From: Candidatus Dormiibacterota bacterium
Lineage (GTDB): Bacteria > Chloroflexota > Dormibacteria > Aeolococcales > Bog-877
DNA length: 46,956 nt
Reading direction: 5' to 3'
Assembly (NCBI GenBank): GCA_027306655.1
Contig: DAHUZL010000160.1
Location: forward strand, 1 to 46,956
Within the stretch, counting starts at the first letter, position 1. Each line of letters begins with the position of its first letter. Below, piece after piece: positions 18,586-27,225 of this stretch. The position numbers and the translations under genes were made by a program. Below the pieces are notes generated by a model. The model was not told where the DNA came from. It did not search any database and saw only the letters and a program-made list of their open reading frames with translations.

Positions 18586-19494
18586 GTGGAGTCTGACTCG
18601 AACCGACCCTTGACCCTGTCCGCGGAGGTGGCCCTACCGGCACAGGCCCGTCTGGGCGAGGGCCCACTTTGGGAGAGGGATGAGGCGACCCTGTGGTGGG
18701 TGGACATTCTGGCTGCCCGGGTACATCGATTCTCCCCTCGTTCCGGCACCGACGACAGCTTCGAGACCGGCTCGCCGGTCGGGGCGGTCGGCCTGCGGGC
18801 CGACGGTGGACTGGTCCTCGCACTCGAAGGCAACTTCGCCACCGCCGACCGCGACGGCCGCCGGTTGGAAGCCGTGACCGGCTTCACCGTGGACACCGTC
18901 GCGGTTCGCTTCAACGACGGCAAGGTGGATCCATGGGGAGGATTCTGCGCGGGGACGATGGACCGGTCCGATGAGCGATCACGCGGAGCGCTTTATCGGC
19001 TTGGTCCGGACCTCGCCGTAACCGTGCTGAGGACCGAGGTGGCTTGCTCCAATGGTCTCGACTGGACAGACGACGGCCGTTACCTCTACTACATCGACAC
19101 GCCGACCCGGTCGGTGGATCGCTTCGCGATCGACCCCGAGACCGGAGGGCTGCGGCGGCGCCAGCGAGTGGTGCGGCTGGACGGGCCGGGGATGCCAGAT
19201 GGGATGGCCCTCGACGGAGAAGGATGTGTGTGGGTGGCGCTGTGGGGAGGCGGCCAGGTGCGTCGCTACACCCCAGGGGGCAGGCTGGACCGAGTCATCA
19301 CCTTGCCTGTGTCGCTCGTCACCAGCGTGGCCTTTGGCGGCGACCATCTTGACGAGCTCTACATCACCACCGCCAGCGACGAGCTCTCGGCCCAAGCCCG
19401 CCGCGATGAGCCCCATGCGGGCGACCTGTTCTGGTGCGCCGCCGGGGTCCGGGGACGACCGTCCCACCGCTTCGGCGGTGGAGGAGCGCTATGA
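18586..19494 (+). CDS. SMP-30/gluconolactonase family lactonase
   Basis: LGEGPLW, RFNDGKVDP.G, SNGLDW, YYIDT, PDGMALD.EG.VWVALWGG, VAFGG..LDELYITTA. Confidence 0.93.
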   Translation: MESDSNRPLTLSAEVALPAQARLGEGPLWERDEATLWWVDILAARVHRFSPRSGTDDSFETGSPVGAVGLRADGGLVLALEGNFATADRDGRRLEAVTGFTVDTVAVRFNDGKVDPWGGFCAGTMDRSDERSRGALYRLGPDLAVTVLRTEVACSNGLDWTDDGRYLYYIDTPTRSVDRFAIDPETGGLRRRQRVVRLDGPGMPDGMALDGEGCVWVALWGGGQVRRYTPGGRLDRVITLPVSLVTSVAFGGDHLDELYITTASDELSAQARRDEPHAGDLFWCAAGVRGRPSHRFGGGGAL

Positions 19495-19832
19495 GGACGT
19501 GGCCCGGGTCGGTGGAGATCGGGTGGTCCCCCTGAGCGAGGGCACGGCGCGGGGGCCCATCGTCCCCCGCTGTCGCGGCGGGGGGCGGATGGGGGAGCTG
19601 ACCGGAACGTGCGGGCCGGCCGGCCGACCGCTGGCTGGCAGTGCACCGCCGAGCCTGGAGGTTGGGATGGCAGAGGGTTCCGAAGCCGGCGCCGTGGTCG
19701 GGGGCGGTGGGCACCGGTCGGGGGCAGGAGTTCCGCCCAGGCGAGTGCCGAGGCTGCTGGCGCCACGGCCCAGCGCGGCCGGAGGCACCCGGCCGATGGG
19801 TCGGCGGTGACCGAGGAATGCGGGGAGGTTTG

Positions 19833-20978
19833 ATGGTGGACCGAGGGTCGAGGCACGCCCACATCGCCGAGGTCATGGGCCGGATTCGGGGTTGGCTGGC
19901 CGCAACCGGCTGGCCGGGGGTTGTGCTGACTCAGCCGGCCGCGGTGGCCTGGGCGACCGGGGGGATGAACCCCGCGATCGACCGGTGTGCGGCCACCGAC
20001 CTGCTCTGGATTGCGGTCGCCTCCGATCGCTGTGCGGTCATCACCACGGTCATAGAGCGCGACCGAGTGGAGGCGGACTCGGATCCTGCGCGCCACGGCT
20101 TCGAATTGCTGGCGGTGCCGTGGCACGGCGCATCGCAGTTCGTGGATGCGGCTGTGCTCTTCCTCGACCACCCTGCCGCGGCACTCGCCACTGATGGACA
20201 CCCTGCATTCGGGGCCAACGTGGGGGAGGCACTGGTGCGATTGCGGCTGGCCCACACCGTCGCGGCACAGGACGCGATCCGGTCGCTGGGGGCGGACACG
20301 GTCGGTGCGCTCGAAACCGCGCTCACGGCGTGGGTGCCCGGGGAGGTCGACCGCGCGATCCAGGCGCGCATGGTGGCGGAGCTCGAGCAACGAGGAATCG
20401 AGACCGTCGTGGCGTTGGTCTCCGGCGACGACCGTGTCGAGCGGTTCCGGCACCCGATCGCAGCTGACATACCCGTGGCGCGGCTGGTGATGGCGGTGAT
20501 CGTCTCCCGCCGCGACGGGCTGCACGTCGCGGCGACCCGGCTGGCCTGCGCTGGACGGATCGACCCCAAGCTGGCAGGACGGTTGGCCCAGGTCAGAGCC
20601 GTTGAGGCTGCGGTTCTCGACGCGTGCCAGGAGGGATCGACGTACGGGCAGGCGACCGACGGGCTGGAGCGGGCGTACGCGGCCATCGGCGAACCCCAAG
20701 CGTGGCGGGAACACTATCAGGGCGGGCCAATCGGCTACGCCAGCCGGGAGTTCGAGTTCGCGCCACGCGAGCGGACGAACCGCTGGTGGGACTGCCCGGT
20801 GGAGGTCGGTCACGCGCTCGCGTGGAATCCCAGCCTCTCCGGGGGTGCCAAGGTGGAGGACACCTTTCTGGTCGGCCCCCTGGGGCTGGAATGCGTCACC
20901 CGCCCCATCGGCTGGCCGGTAGAGGGAACGGGCGGCGACCGAGGCCAAGAACGTGCGGCAGTCCTCGAGGTGTCCTGA
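19833..20978 (+). CDS. M24 (pita-bread/creatinase-fold) family protein, atypical
   Basis: SD GGGGAGG; creatinase-N-like N-terminus (VAWATGG), FRHP, HYQGGPIGY..RE, WNPS..GAKVEDT. Confidence 0.8.
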   Translation: MVDRGSRHAHIAEVMGRIRGWLAATGWPGVVLTQPAAVAWATGGMNPAIDRCAATDLLWIAVASDRCAVITTVIERDRVEADSDPARHGFELLAVPWHGASQFVDAAVLFLDHPAAALATDGHPAFGANVGEALVRLRLAHTVAAQDAIRSLGADTVGALETALTAWVPGEVDRAIQARMVAELEQRGIETVVALVSGDDRVERFRHPIAADIPVARLVMAVIVSRRDGLHVAATRLACAGRIDPKLAGRLAQVRAVEAAVLDACQEGSTYGQATDGLERAYAAIGEPQAWREHYQGGPIGYASREFEFAPRERTNRWWDCPVEVGHALAWNPSLSGGAKVEDTFLVGPLGLECVTRPIGWPVEGTGGDRGQERAAVLEVS

Positions 20979-21387
20979 CCCCGGCATCCGCGCGCCGTCC
21001 AGCGCGGCGGGGCGCCCGGCCCGATGGCTGCGGCCTACGCCCCTCCGCTGGCCGGTGAGGCCGCTCGATCGGGATTGGCACCTGGACTGCCGTCACGGCC
21101 GTCGACGGCGCGGGGCGCCCACAAGCCTGCGGGAGGATCGAGAGGGCAAGGGTCCGGGCGGCTCTGGTGGCCAGCCCTTGCGTCTTCTCCCCTTCGAGGG
21201 ACCTCCCGTGCCGCCCCTCCCCGGCGCCTCTGGAGGCGGCGCGACGCCCCGCCCCGCCTCGACCGCAGGCTCCCTCTGGGGCTTGGGAAGCGAACCGATG
21301 GGCGGCCGAGTCCGGCCCATGCTGGCGGGGCCCGCCCCCGGCGATCGGCGTTTGCCCGCCGGCCCGTTCGGGTACGCTGTGATGGCG

Positions 21388-21774
21388 ATGCCCACGTACG
21401 TGTACCGGTGCGAGGCCGACCACGAGTTCGAGGCGGTCCAGCCCATCGTCGACCGTCCGCTCTCGGTGTGCGCCGTCTGCGAGGCGCCGGTGCGGCGGGT
21501 GGTCATGCCGGTCGGGATCGTCTTCAAGGGCAGCGGCTTCTACAAGACCGACTCGCGGAAGGCGGAGAGCACCCCCGCCGCGAGACCGTCCGAGCCCGCG
21601 GCCAAGCCGGCCGAGTCCACCCCGACCTCGGTCGGGGCGCCCGCGCCCGCCCCCGGCCCGACCGCCCCGACGGCGTCGCCCGCCCCAGCCGGCAGGACGG
21701 GCGCCCGCACCCGCGCGGGCTCGGCGGGCTCATCGGGTGGCGGGGTCGCCACCACCACCCCCGCCAGCGGCTGA
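21388..21774 (+). CDS. FmdB family zinc-ribbon protein with a low-complexity tail
   Basis: MPTYVYRC...HEFEAVQ...CAVC...VRRV...GIVFKGSGFYKTDSR. Confidence 0.9.
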   Translation: MPTYVYRCEADHEFEAVQPIVDRPLSVCAVCEAPVRRVVMPVGIVFKGSGFYKTDSRKAESTPAARPSEPAAKPAESTPTSVGAPAPAPGPTAPTASPAPAGRTGARTRAGSAGSSGGGVATTTPASG

Positions 21775-21801
21775 GCCGCTCCGGCACTCCAGGAGGGCCA
21801 G

Positions 21802-22128
21802 ATGGCCAACCCCACCCACGTCAGCGACGCCGACTTCCAGTCCGAGGTGCTGCAGGCGGAGCAGCCGGTGCTGGTCGACTTCTGGGCGGAGTGGTGCCCG
21901 CCGTGCAAGATGCTGGAGCCGATCGTCGCCGACCTAGCTACCGAGTACGACAATCGGATCAAGGTCGCCAAGCTTGACGTCGATGCCAATCCGGAGACCG
22001 CCGGCAAGTTCGGGGTGATGAGCATCCCCACGCTCATCCTGTTCAAGGACGGCAGTGAGGCGCAGCGGCTGGTCGGCTACAAGCCCAAGTCCGCGCTCAA
22101 GGCCACGCTCGACGCCGCGCTGAACTGA
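21802..22128 (+). CDS. trxA: Thioredoxin (WCPPC active site)
   Basis: VLVDFWAEWCPPCKM, KLDVDANP, MSIPTLILFKDG; SD GGAGGG. Confidence 0.93.
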   Translation: MANPTHVSDADFQSEVLQAEQPVLVDFWAEWCPPCKMLEPIVADLATEYDNRIKVAKLDVDANPETAGKFGVMSIPTLILFKDGSEAQRLVGYKPKSALKATLDAALN

Positions 22129-22218
22129 CGCCGCGGCGCGGGCCCCTCGAGGAGTGCCGCCCGCGTCCGCTGCACTGTCCAGCGCCCATCGCCTCGACCG
22201 CGGTGGTGGACCTGGCGG

Positions 22219-22761
22219 TCAGGGGGTGGGGCCGCTCCCGGTCGGCGGGTCGCTCGGCCCCTGCTCACGGGCGCTCTCGACCGCCGTCAGGGCCTGGCGG
22301 AGGCTCTCGATCCAGTCGCCCTGGTGGCGCCCGACCAGCCGCACGCACCACGCCAGTGCGTGGCTGCGGCTGCGCGCCACCCCGGCATCGACCAGGGTGT
22401 CGAGGACCTGCCGCTCCGCCATCCGGAGCCGGGTCATGACCGGGACGCTGAGGGTCGTGAACAGCTGGCGCTCGCCGGCGATCGTCACCCCCCAGGCGAC
22501 GTGGAGGCCGAACCGGTGCCGCGCCTCCTCGGCGATGGTGATGCGGGCGGCCCGCGTCTCCTCTCGGAAGCGCCGGGCCCGGGCCTCCCGGGCGGCGGAG
22601 GCGGCGATGTCGCTCGCGTCCGGGGGCAGCTCGGGCTCGCCGAGCGGGCCCACCACCAGGATCTCCTCCCGGTCCACCGTGATCTCCGCCGGGGCCGTGA
22701 ACCATCCCCCCGGGATGCGGCCGAGGAGCCATCCGTGAATCGCGTCGTGGTTCGTTGTCAT
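22219..22761 (-). CDS. Hypothetical protein with a C-terminal RHH-like DNA-binding segment
   Basis: Good codon usage; PVMTRLRMAERQVLDTLVDAGVARSRSHALAWCV resembles a ribbon-helix-helix; extended -10 TGgTAATCT 7 nt before the ATG. Confidence 0.75.
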   Translation of the reverse strand: MTTNHDAIHGWLLGRIPGGWFTAPAEITVDREEILVVGPLGEPELPPDASDIAASAAREARARRFREETRAARITIAEEARHRFGLHVAWGVTIAGERQLFTTLSVPVMTRLRMAERQVLDTLVDAGVARSRSHALAWCVRLVGRHQGDWIESLRQALTAVESAREQGPSDPPTGSGPTP

Positions 22762-22887
22762 GCTTACAAGATTACCACAGCCAGCCGTCGACTGCAGACG
22801 GCCCGTCGGCCGCCCGGAGACGGTCCGGCCAGGGGATGACGTGACTCGGGGAGGGGTGGAGAGGTGGGGACCCCCGAGAATGGCGGC

Positions 22888-24282
22888 ATGGGCTCTGAAT
22901 CCCCGTCCCCCGGCTCCCGCAGCCTCTGGCTCGAGACCTCCGGCGATGACCTCACCCCCCGACCGCCGCTGGTGATCGACACCCGCGCCGAGGTGGCGAT
23001 CCTGGGGGCCGGCCTCACCGGCCTCTGGACCGCCTACTACCTCCTGCGACGGACCCCCGGCCTGCGCGTGGTGGTGCTCGAGCGGAGGGTGGCCGGGTTC
23101 GGGGCATCCGGCCGCAATGGCGGCTGGTGCTCGGCCGGCTTCGCCGTGTCACCCGGTGCGATGGCGCGCCGGGTCGGCCCGGCGGCGGCGGTCGCGCTGC
23201 ACCGTGCCATGACGACGACGGTCGACGAGGTCCTGCGGGTTGCCGCCGACGAGCGGATCGCGATCGAGGCCGTCAAGGGAGGGGTCCTCAGGGTGGCTCG
23301 GGGGGCTGGTCAGGTGCCCGCCCTGCACCGGTCGCTCGCGACCGCGACGGCGCTCGGCATCGCCGACGGATGGCGTCTCCTCGACGCCGAGGAGACCCGC
23401 GCCCGGGTGCGCATCGCGGGAGCCGTCGCGGCCCTCCGCAGCCCGGACTGCGCTGTCCTCCACCCCGGGCGGCTGGTGCGCGGGCTGGCGCGAGCGGTCG
23501 AGCGCCTCGGCGGGGTGATCCATGAGGAGACGCCCGTCGTCGACGTCGTCCCCGGCCCGGGGCCGCAGCTGGTGACGCCGCGGGCGGTCGTCCGCGCCGA
23601 CCACGTCGTCCTCGCCGGTGAGGCGTACCTCACCCGCCTGCGCCGGTGGCACCGCCAGCTGATCCCCGTCTACTCGCTCATCGTCGCCACCGAGCCGCTC
23701 GATCCCGGGCGCTGGGCGTCGATCGGCTGGGAGGGCCGGGAGGGGGTCGCGTCCACCCGGCTCTCGATCGACTACCTCTGCCGCACTGCGGACGGGCGGA
23801 TCTGCTTCGGCGGTCGCGGGGCGCCGTACCACCTCGGCTCGCGGATCACTGACGGATTCGACCACCACCCCCAGACCCACGCGATGCTCCGGCGGATGGC
23901 GCGGGAGTGGTTCCCGGAGCTCCGGGGGGTGCGCTTCACCCACGCCTGGGGCGGGCCCCTCGGCGTGAGCCGCGACTGGATGCCGACGATGTCGCTGGAC
24001 CGCGCCACCGGCATCGCCAGCGCCCGCGGCTACGGCGGCCAGGGGGTCGCGACGGCCAACCTCGCGGGCCGCGTCCTCACCGACCTCCTCACCCAGACCG
24101 ACTCGGAGCTGGTGCGGCTGCCGATGGTCGGGCATCGGTCGCCTGACTGGGAGCCCGAGCCCCTGCGCTGGCTCGGCATCCGCTACACCCAGTGGGGGCT
24201 CGCCCAGGCCGATCAGCGGGCGGAGCGGTCGGGGCGCGCCCCCACCGGGCGGACCCTGGCCGAGCGGCTCGGGGCGCACTGA
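22888..24282 (+). CDS. FAD-dependent oxidoreductase (PuuB/OrdL, DAO family)
   Basis: SLWLET, ILGAGLTGLWTAYYL, GASGRNGG, HAWGGPLG, GYGGQGV, WEPEPLRW. Confidence 0.9.
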   Translation: MGSESPSPGSRSLWLETSGDDLTPRPPLVIDTRAEVAILGAGLTGLWTAYYLLRRTPGLRVVVLERRVAGFGASGRNGGWCSAGFAVSPGAMARRVGPAAAVALHRAMTTTVDEVLRVAADERIAIEAVKGGVLRVARGAGQVPALHRSLATATALGIADGWRLLDAEETRARVRIAGAVAALRSPDCAVLHPGRLVRGLARAVERLGGVIHEETPVVDVVPGPGPQLVTPRAVVRADHVVLAGEAYLTRLRRWHRQLIPVYSLIVATEPLDPGRWASIGWEGREGVASTRLSIDYLCRTADGRICFGGRGAPYHLGSRITDGFDHHPQTHAMLRRMAREWFPELRGVRFTHAWGGPLGVSRDWMPTMSLDRATGIASARGYGGQGVATANLAGRVLTDLLTQTDSELVRLPMVGHRSPDWEPEPLRWLGIRYTQWGLAQADQRAERSGRAPTGRTLAERLGAH

Positions 24283-24446
24283 TGCCCGCCCACAAGGTGG
24301 GAACCCAGCATGTGGTCGAGGACCACGACCTCGCCGCGGTCCAGGCGCAGGTGCTGCCGGTGCCGACCTTCCTCGCCCGGACCTCGACCGGGGAGCCGAT
24401 GCCGGACGTGGTGGCGGTGATCCGCTCCTCCCGCCGCGGGCACTGA
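24282..24446 (+). pseudogene. N-terminally truncated HTH-type antitoxin remnant
   Basis: PAHKVGTQHVVEDHDL resembles the wing of MerR/excisionase-type HTH domains but the preceding helices are absent; directly upstream of a PIN fragment. Confidence 0.5.
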
Positions 24447-24447
24447 C

Positions 24448-24726
24448 GTGCTGGTCCTCGACGCCAGCGATGGCGTCCAGGCGTGCCTCACTGCCGACGG
24501 CTTCCGGCCGCTCGCGGATGATCTCAGCGCGCCCCCGCTGTGGTGGTCGGAGGTCGTCTCGGGGCTCCACGAGCTCCGCTGGCGCCGGGCGATCACCCGC
24601 GACCTCGCCGATGCGGCCATCGCCCGCCTGCGCCGTGCGCCGGTGCGCGAGCGGACGTTCGCACACCGTCGCTTCGAAGCCTCTGGGCCCGACCGAGCTG
24701 TGATCGTGCCCCGCCCCACCGCTTGA
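24448..24726 (+). pseudogene. Truncated PIN-domain (VapC-like) toxin
   Basis: VLDAS, APPLWWSEVVSGL, A..AIARL match the N-terminal half of PIN domains; the C-terminal YDA.Y/T.D motifs are missing and the ORF is only 92 aa. Confidence 0.65.
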
Positions 24727-24751
24727 CCTCCGGACGCGCCCGCCCTACCCT
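24723..24751 (+). promoter_or_regulatory. Putative sigma70-type promoter for the first peptide-binding protein gene
   Basis: TTGACC-N17-TACCCT. Confidence 0.5.
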
Positions 24752-24821
24752 CATCCCGCAGATCTTGAACGGCCGCTCAGGATCCAAAGAGCCCGAGACG
24801 GTCGGCAGATGAGGTTGCGCG

Positions 24822-26720
24822 ATGTTCCAGCCGAGGACCCAGGCGCCTCCCCCCGGCACGGCGGGGACCCACCTCATCCGGGACCCAGTCACCCGGGAAC
24901 CAGCCCGGCGCCGCCCGCGGCTCGCGGCCGGGCTGGCCCTGCTCGCCCTCGGCCTCGCCGCCTGCGGCCAGGTCGGGGCCGGTGGGACCGCCCGGTCCGC
25001 CGCCACCGGGCATGCCGGGCCGTCCGGGGTGGTGCGGGTCGCGGTCCTGCCGGGGTCGTCGGCAGACTACATCTTCCCCCTCTACACCTCGGCGGCCGAC
25101 TACTTCCAGAACTTCTACTGGCTGGAGGCCCTCCTCTGGCGTCCGCTCTACTGGTTCGGGGTGAGCGGCAGGCCCGGCCTCGACCAGAGCCTCAGCCTGG
25201 CCCAGTCGACGGTCTTCTCCGATGGCGGCCGGACCGCCACGATCACGCTGAAACCCTACCGCTGGTCGGATGGGCATCTGGTCACCACCCGAGACCTTCT
25301 CTTCGACTACAACCTGATCCGGGCCAACAAGGCGAGCGTGCCCTCCTATCACGTGGGCGGCTTCCCCGACAACGTCACCAGCTTCACCATCCTCTCCCCG
25401 AGCCGGTTCCGGGTCACCTTCAACCGTGTCTACGGTCGGACCTGGCTGCTCTGGAACGAGCTCGACTACCTCACCCCGCTCCCGCAGCACGCCTGGGACC
25501 GCACCTCTCTGTCGGGCGCGGTCGGCAATGCCGACATGACCCCATCGGGCGCGGTCCGGGTGTACAAGTTCCTCTCCGCGCAATCCAGCCAGGTCGGCAC
25601 CTATGACACCAACCCGCTCTGGAGGGTGGTCGACGGCCCCTGGCGGCTGAAGTCGTTCATCGCGGCGACCGGGTACCTCTCGCTGGTGCCCAATCCCGCC
25701 TACTCGGGGCCGGTCAAGCCGACGATCGCCAAGATCGAGGAGATTCCGTTCACCAGTGGCACCGCCGAGTTCGACGCGCTCCGCGCCGGCGCGGTCGACT
25801 ACGGGTACCTGCCCTTCAGCGACATCAGCCAGGCGAGCTACTTCACCCATCACGGCTACCACATCGTGCCCTGGTGGTGGTACGCGGTGAGCTTCATCGA
25901 GCTCGACTTCACCAACCCCCACACCAAGGCGATCATGGGCCAGCTCTACGTCCGCCAGGCGCTCCAGCATCTGATCGACGAGCCCGCCTACATCAGGGAC
26001 ATCCTCCACGGCTACGGGGTCCAGACCTACGGCCCGGTTCCCAACGACATCAGCTCACAGCTGGCGATCCCGGCGGAGCGTCAGGACCCCTATCCGTACA
26101 GCATCCCCGCGGCGGCGGGCCTGCTCCGCCGCCACGGCTGGTCGGTCCGCCCCAACGGGGTGGACAGCTGCCGGCACCCCGGCTCCGGGGCCGGCGAGTG
26201 CGGCCCGGGGATCGCCCGGGGAACCCAGCTCAGCCTCACGTTCCTGTACCAGGCCGGGACGATCAACACCGTCAACGAGGCGGAGGCGATCCGCTCCAGC
26301 GCCCTGGGCGCGGGCATCCAGCTCAACCTGCGCTCGGTGTCGGCGGCCAGTATCCTCACCCTCAACGGGATCTGCCCCCAGTCGCCGCCCTGCAACTGGG
26401 ACCTCGTCTACTGGTACCCGGGCGGCTGGGATTACGGCACCACCGAGAACTATCCGACCGGCGGCGCGATCTGGGGGGCCGGGCAGTACTACTCGGGCGG
26501 GTTCAATCAACCCCAGATGGCGCAGGCGATCGCGGCCACCCACAGCGGAGGGCTGGCGGCCCTCCACCAGTACGAGGCCTACGTGCGCACCGCCCTGCCG
26601 GTGCTCTGGACCCCGGTCACGCCCCTGCAGATCTCGGTGATCAGCAATCGGCTCCACGGGGTGACCCCCCAGGACCTCTACGGTCAGATCTACCCGGAGG
26701 CCTGGCGCCTGTCGCGGTAG
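24822..26720 (+). CDS. Peptide/opine ABC substrate-binding lipoprotein (OppA/DppA, family 5), copy 1
   Basis: Lipobox LAAC, YIFP, ITLKPYRWSDGH.VT..D, VDGPWRL, LYVRQALQHLID, PYPYS...A..LL..HGW. Confidence 0.92.
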   Translation: MFQPRTQAPPPGTAGTHLIRDPVTREPARRRPRLAAGLALLALGLAACGQVGAGGTARSAATGHAGPSGVVRVAVLPGSSADYIFPLYTSAADYFQNFYWLEALLWRPLYWFGVSGRPGLDQSLSLAQSTVFSDGGRTATITLKPYRWSDGHLVTTRDLLFDYNLIRANKASVPSYHVGGFPDNVTSFTILSPSRFRVTFNRVYGRTWLLWNELDYLTPLPQHAWDRTSLSGAVGNADMTPSGAVRVYKFLSAQSSQVGTYDTNPLWRVVDGPWRLKSFIAATGYLSLVPNPAYSGPVKPTIAKIEEIPFTSGTAEFDALRAGAVDYGYLPFSDISQASYFTHHGYHIVPWWWYAVSFIELDFTNPHTKAIMGQLYVRQALQHLIDEPAYIRDILHGYGVQTYGPVPNDISSQLAIPAERQDPYPYSIPAAAGLLRRHGWSVRPNGVDSCRHPGSGAGECGPGIARGTQLSLTFLYQAGTINTVNEAEAIRSSALGAGIQLNLRSVSAASILTLNGICPQSPPCNWDLVYWYPGGWDYGTTENYPTGGAIWGAGQYYSGGFNQPQMAQAIAATHSGGLAALHQYEAYVRTALPVLWTPVTPLQISVISNRLHGVTPQDLYGQIYPEAWRLSR

Positions 26721-26783
26721 CCGGGCGCGGGCACCGGCGGCTGCGCTCGCCCGCGCCGCGATGGTCGGAGGTCGCGGTGCCGG

Positions 26784-27017
26784 CTACGCCCCGAGGACCT
26801 GGGTCCCGCTCGATTCCAGGGCGCGGAGCTCAGTGACGATGCGCTCGGCGGCGGCCGCGTCGGCGGTGCCGCGCCCGGTCTGCTCGGCGTAGGCCAGCCG
26901 CCCGAGCTGGCCCAGAAGGTCATCCGCCTTGCGCCGGGCGGCCAGGTCCTGGACCTTGTCCTCGGCGCGTCCCCGGAGCTCCGACGCCTGCTGCTTGGCC
27001 CGGTCCAGGAAGCTCAT
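26784..27017 (-). CDS. Small helical hypothetical protein (77 aa)
   Basis: SD GGAGGGA before the ATG; MSFLDRAKQQA...KADDLLGQLGRLAYAE amphipathic helices. Confidence 0.75.
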   Translation of the reverse strand: MSFLDRAKQQASELRGRAEDKVQDLAARRKADDLLGQLGRLAYAEQTGRGTADAAAAERIVTELRALESSGTQVLGA

Positions 27018-27147
27018 CCGCGTCCCTCCATCACGACCTCCCCGTGGCCGTCGCCGAGATCCGCGAGCCGGGTCGGCGGCGTCGGGGCGGCCCGCCGCCA
27101 TCATCCCACGCGCGGGCCGGACCGGGGGCGGAGCGGCCGCGCCCGAT

Positions 27148-27192
27148 GGGCATGACTGGTTGCTTGACAACATGCCCCCGCTGCCCTATAAC
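27148..27192 (+). promoter_or_regulatory. Near-consensus sigma70 promoter with an overlapping imperfect palindrome (putative GntR operator)
   Basis: TTGACA (27164)-N17-TATAAC (27187); GGGCATG...CATGCCC arms with an inner GTTG-N5-CAAC cover the -35. Confidence 0.7.
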
Positions 27193-27225
27193 GCGGGCAC
27201 GCCCACCCTGAGGGAGGTCTCATCC

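Noticed and set aside
19491-19830. Gene or riboswitch between the lactonase and M24 genes
   Set aside because: The ATGA-coupled ORF stops after 14 codons, and no recognisable RNA motif or protein similarity was seen by eye.
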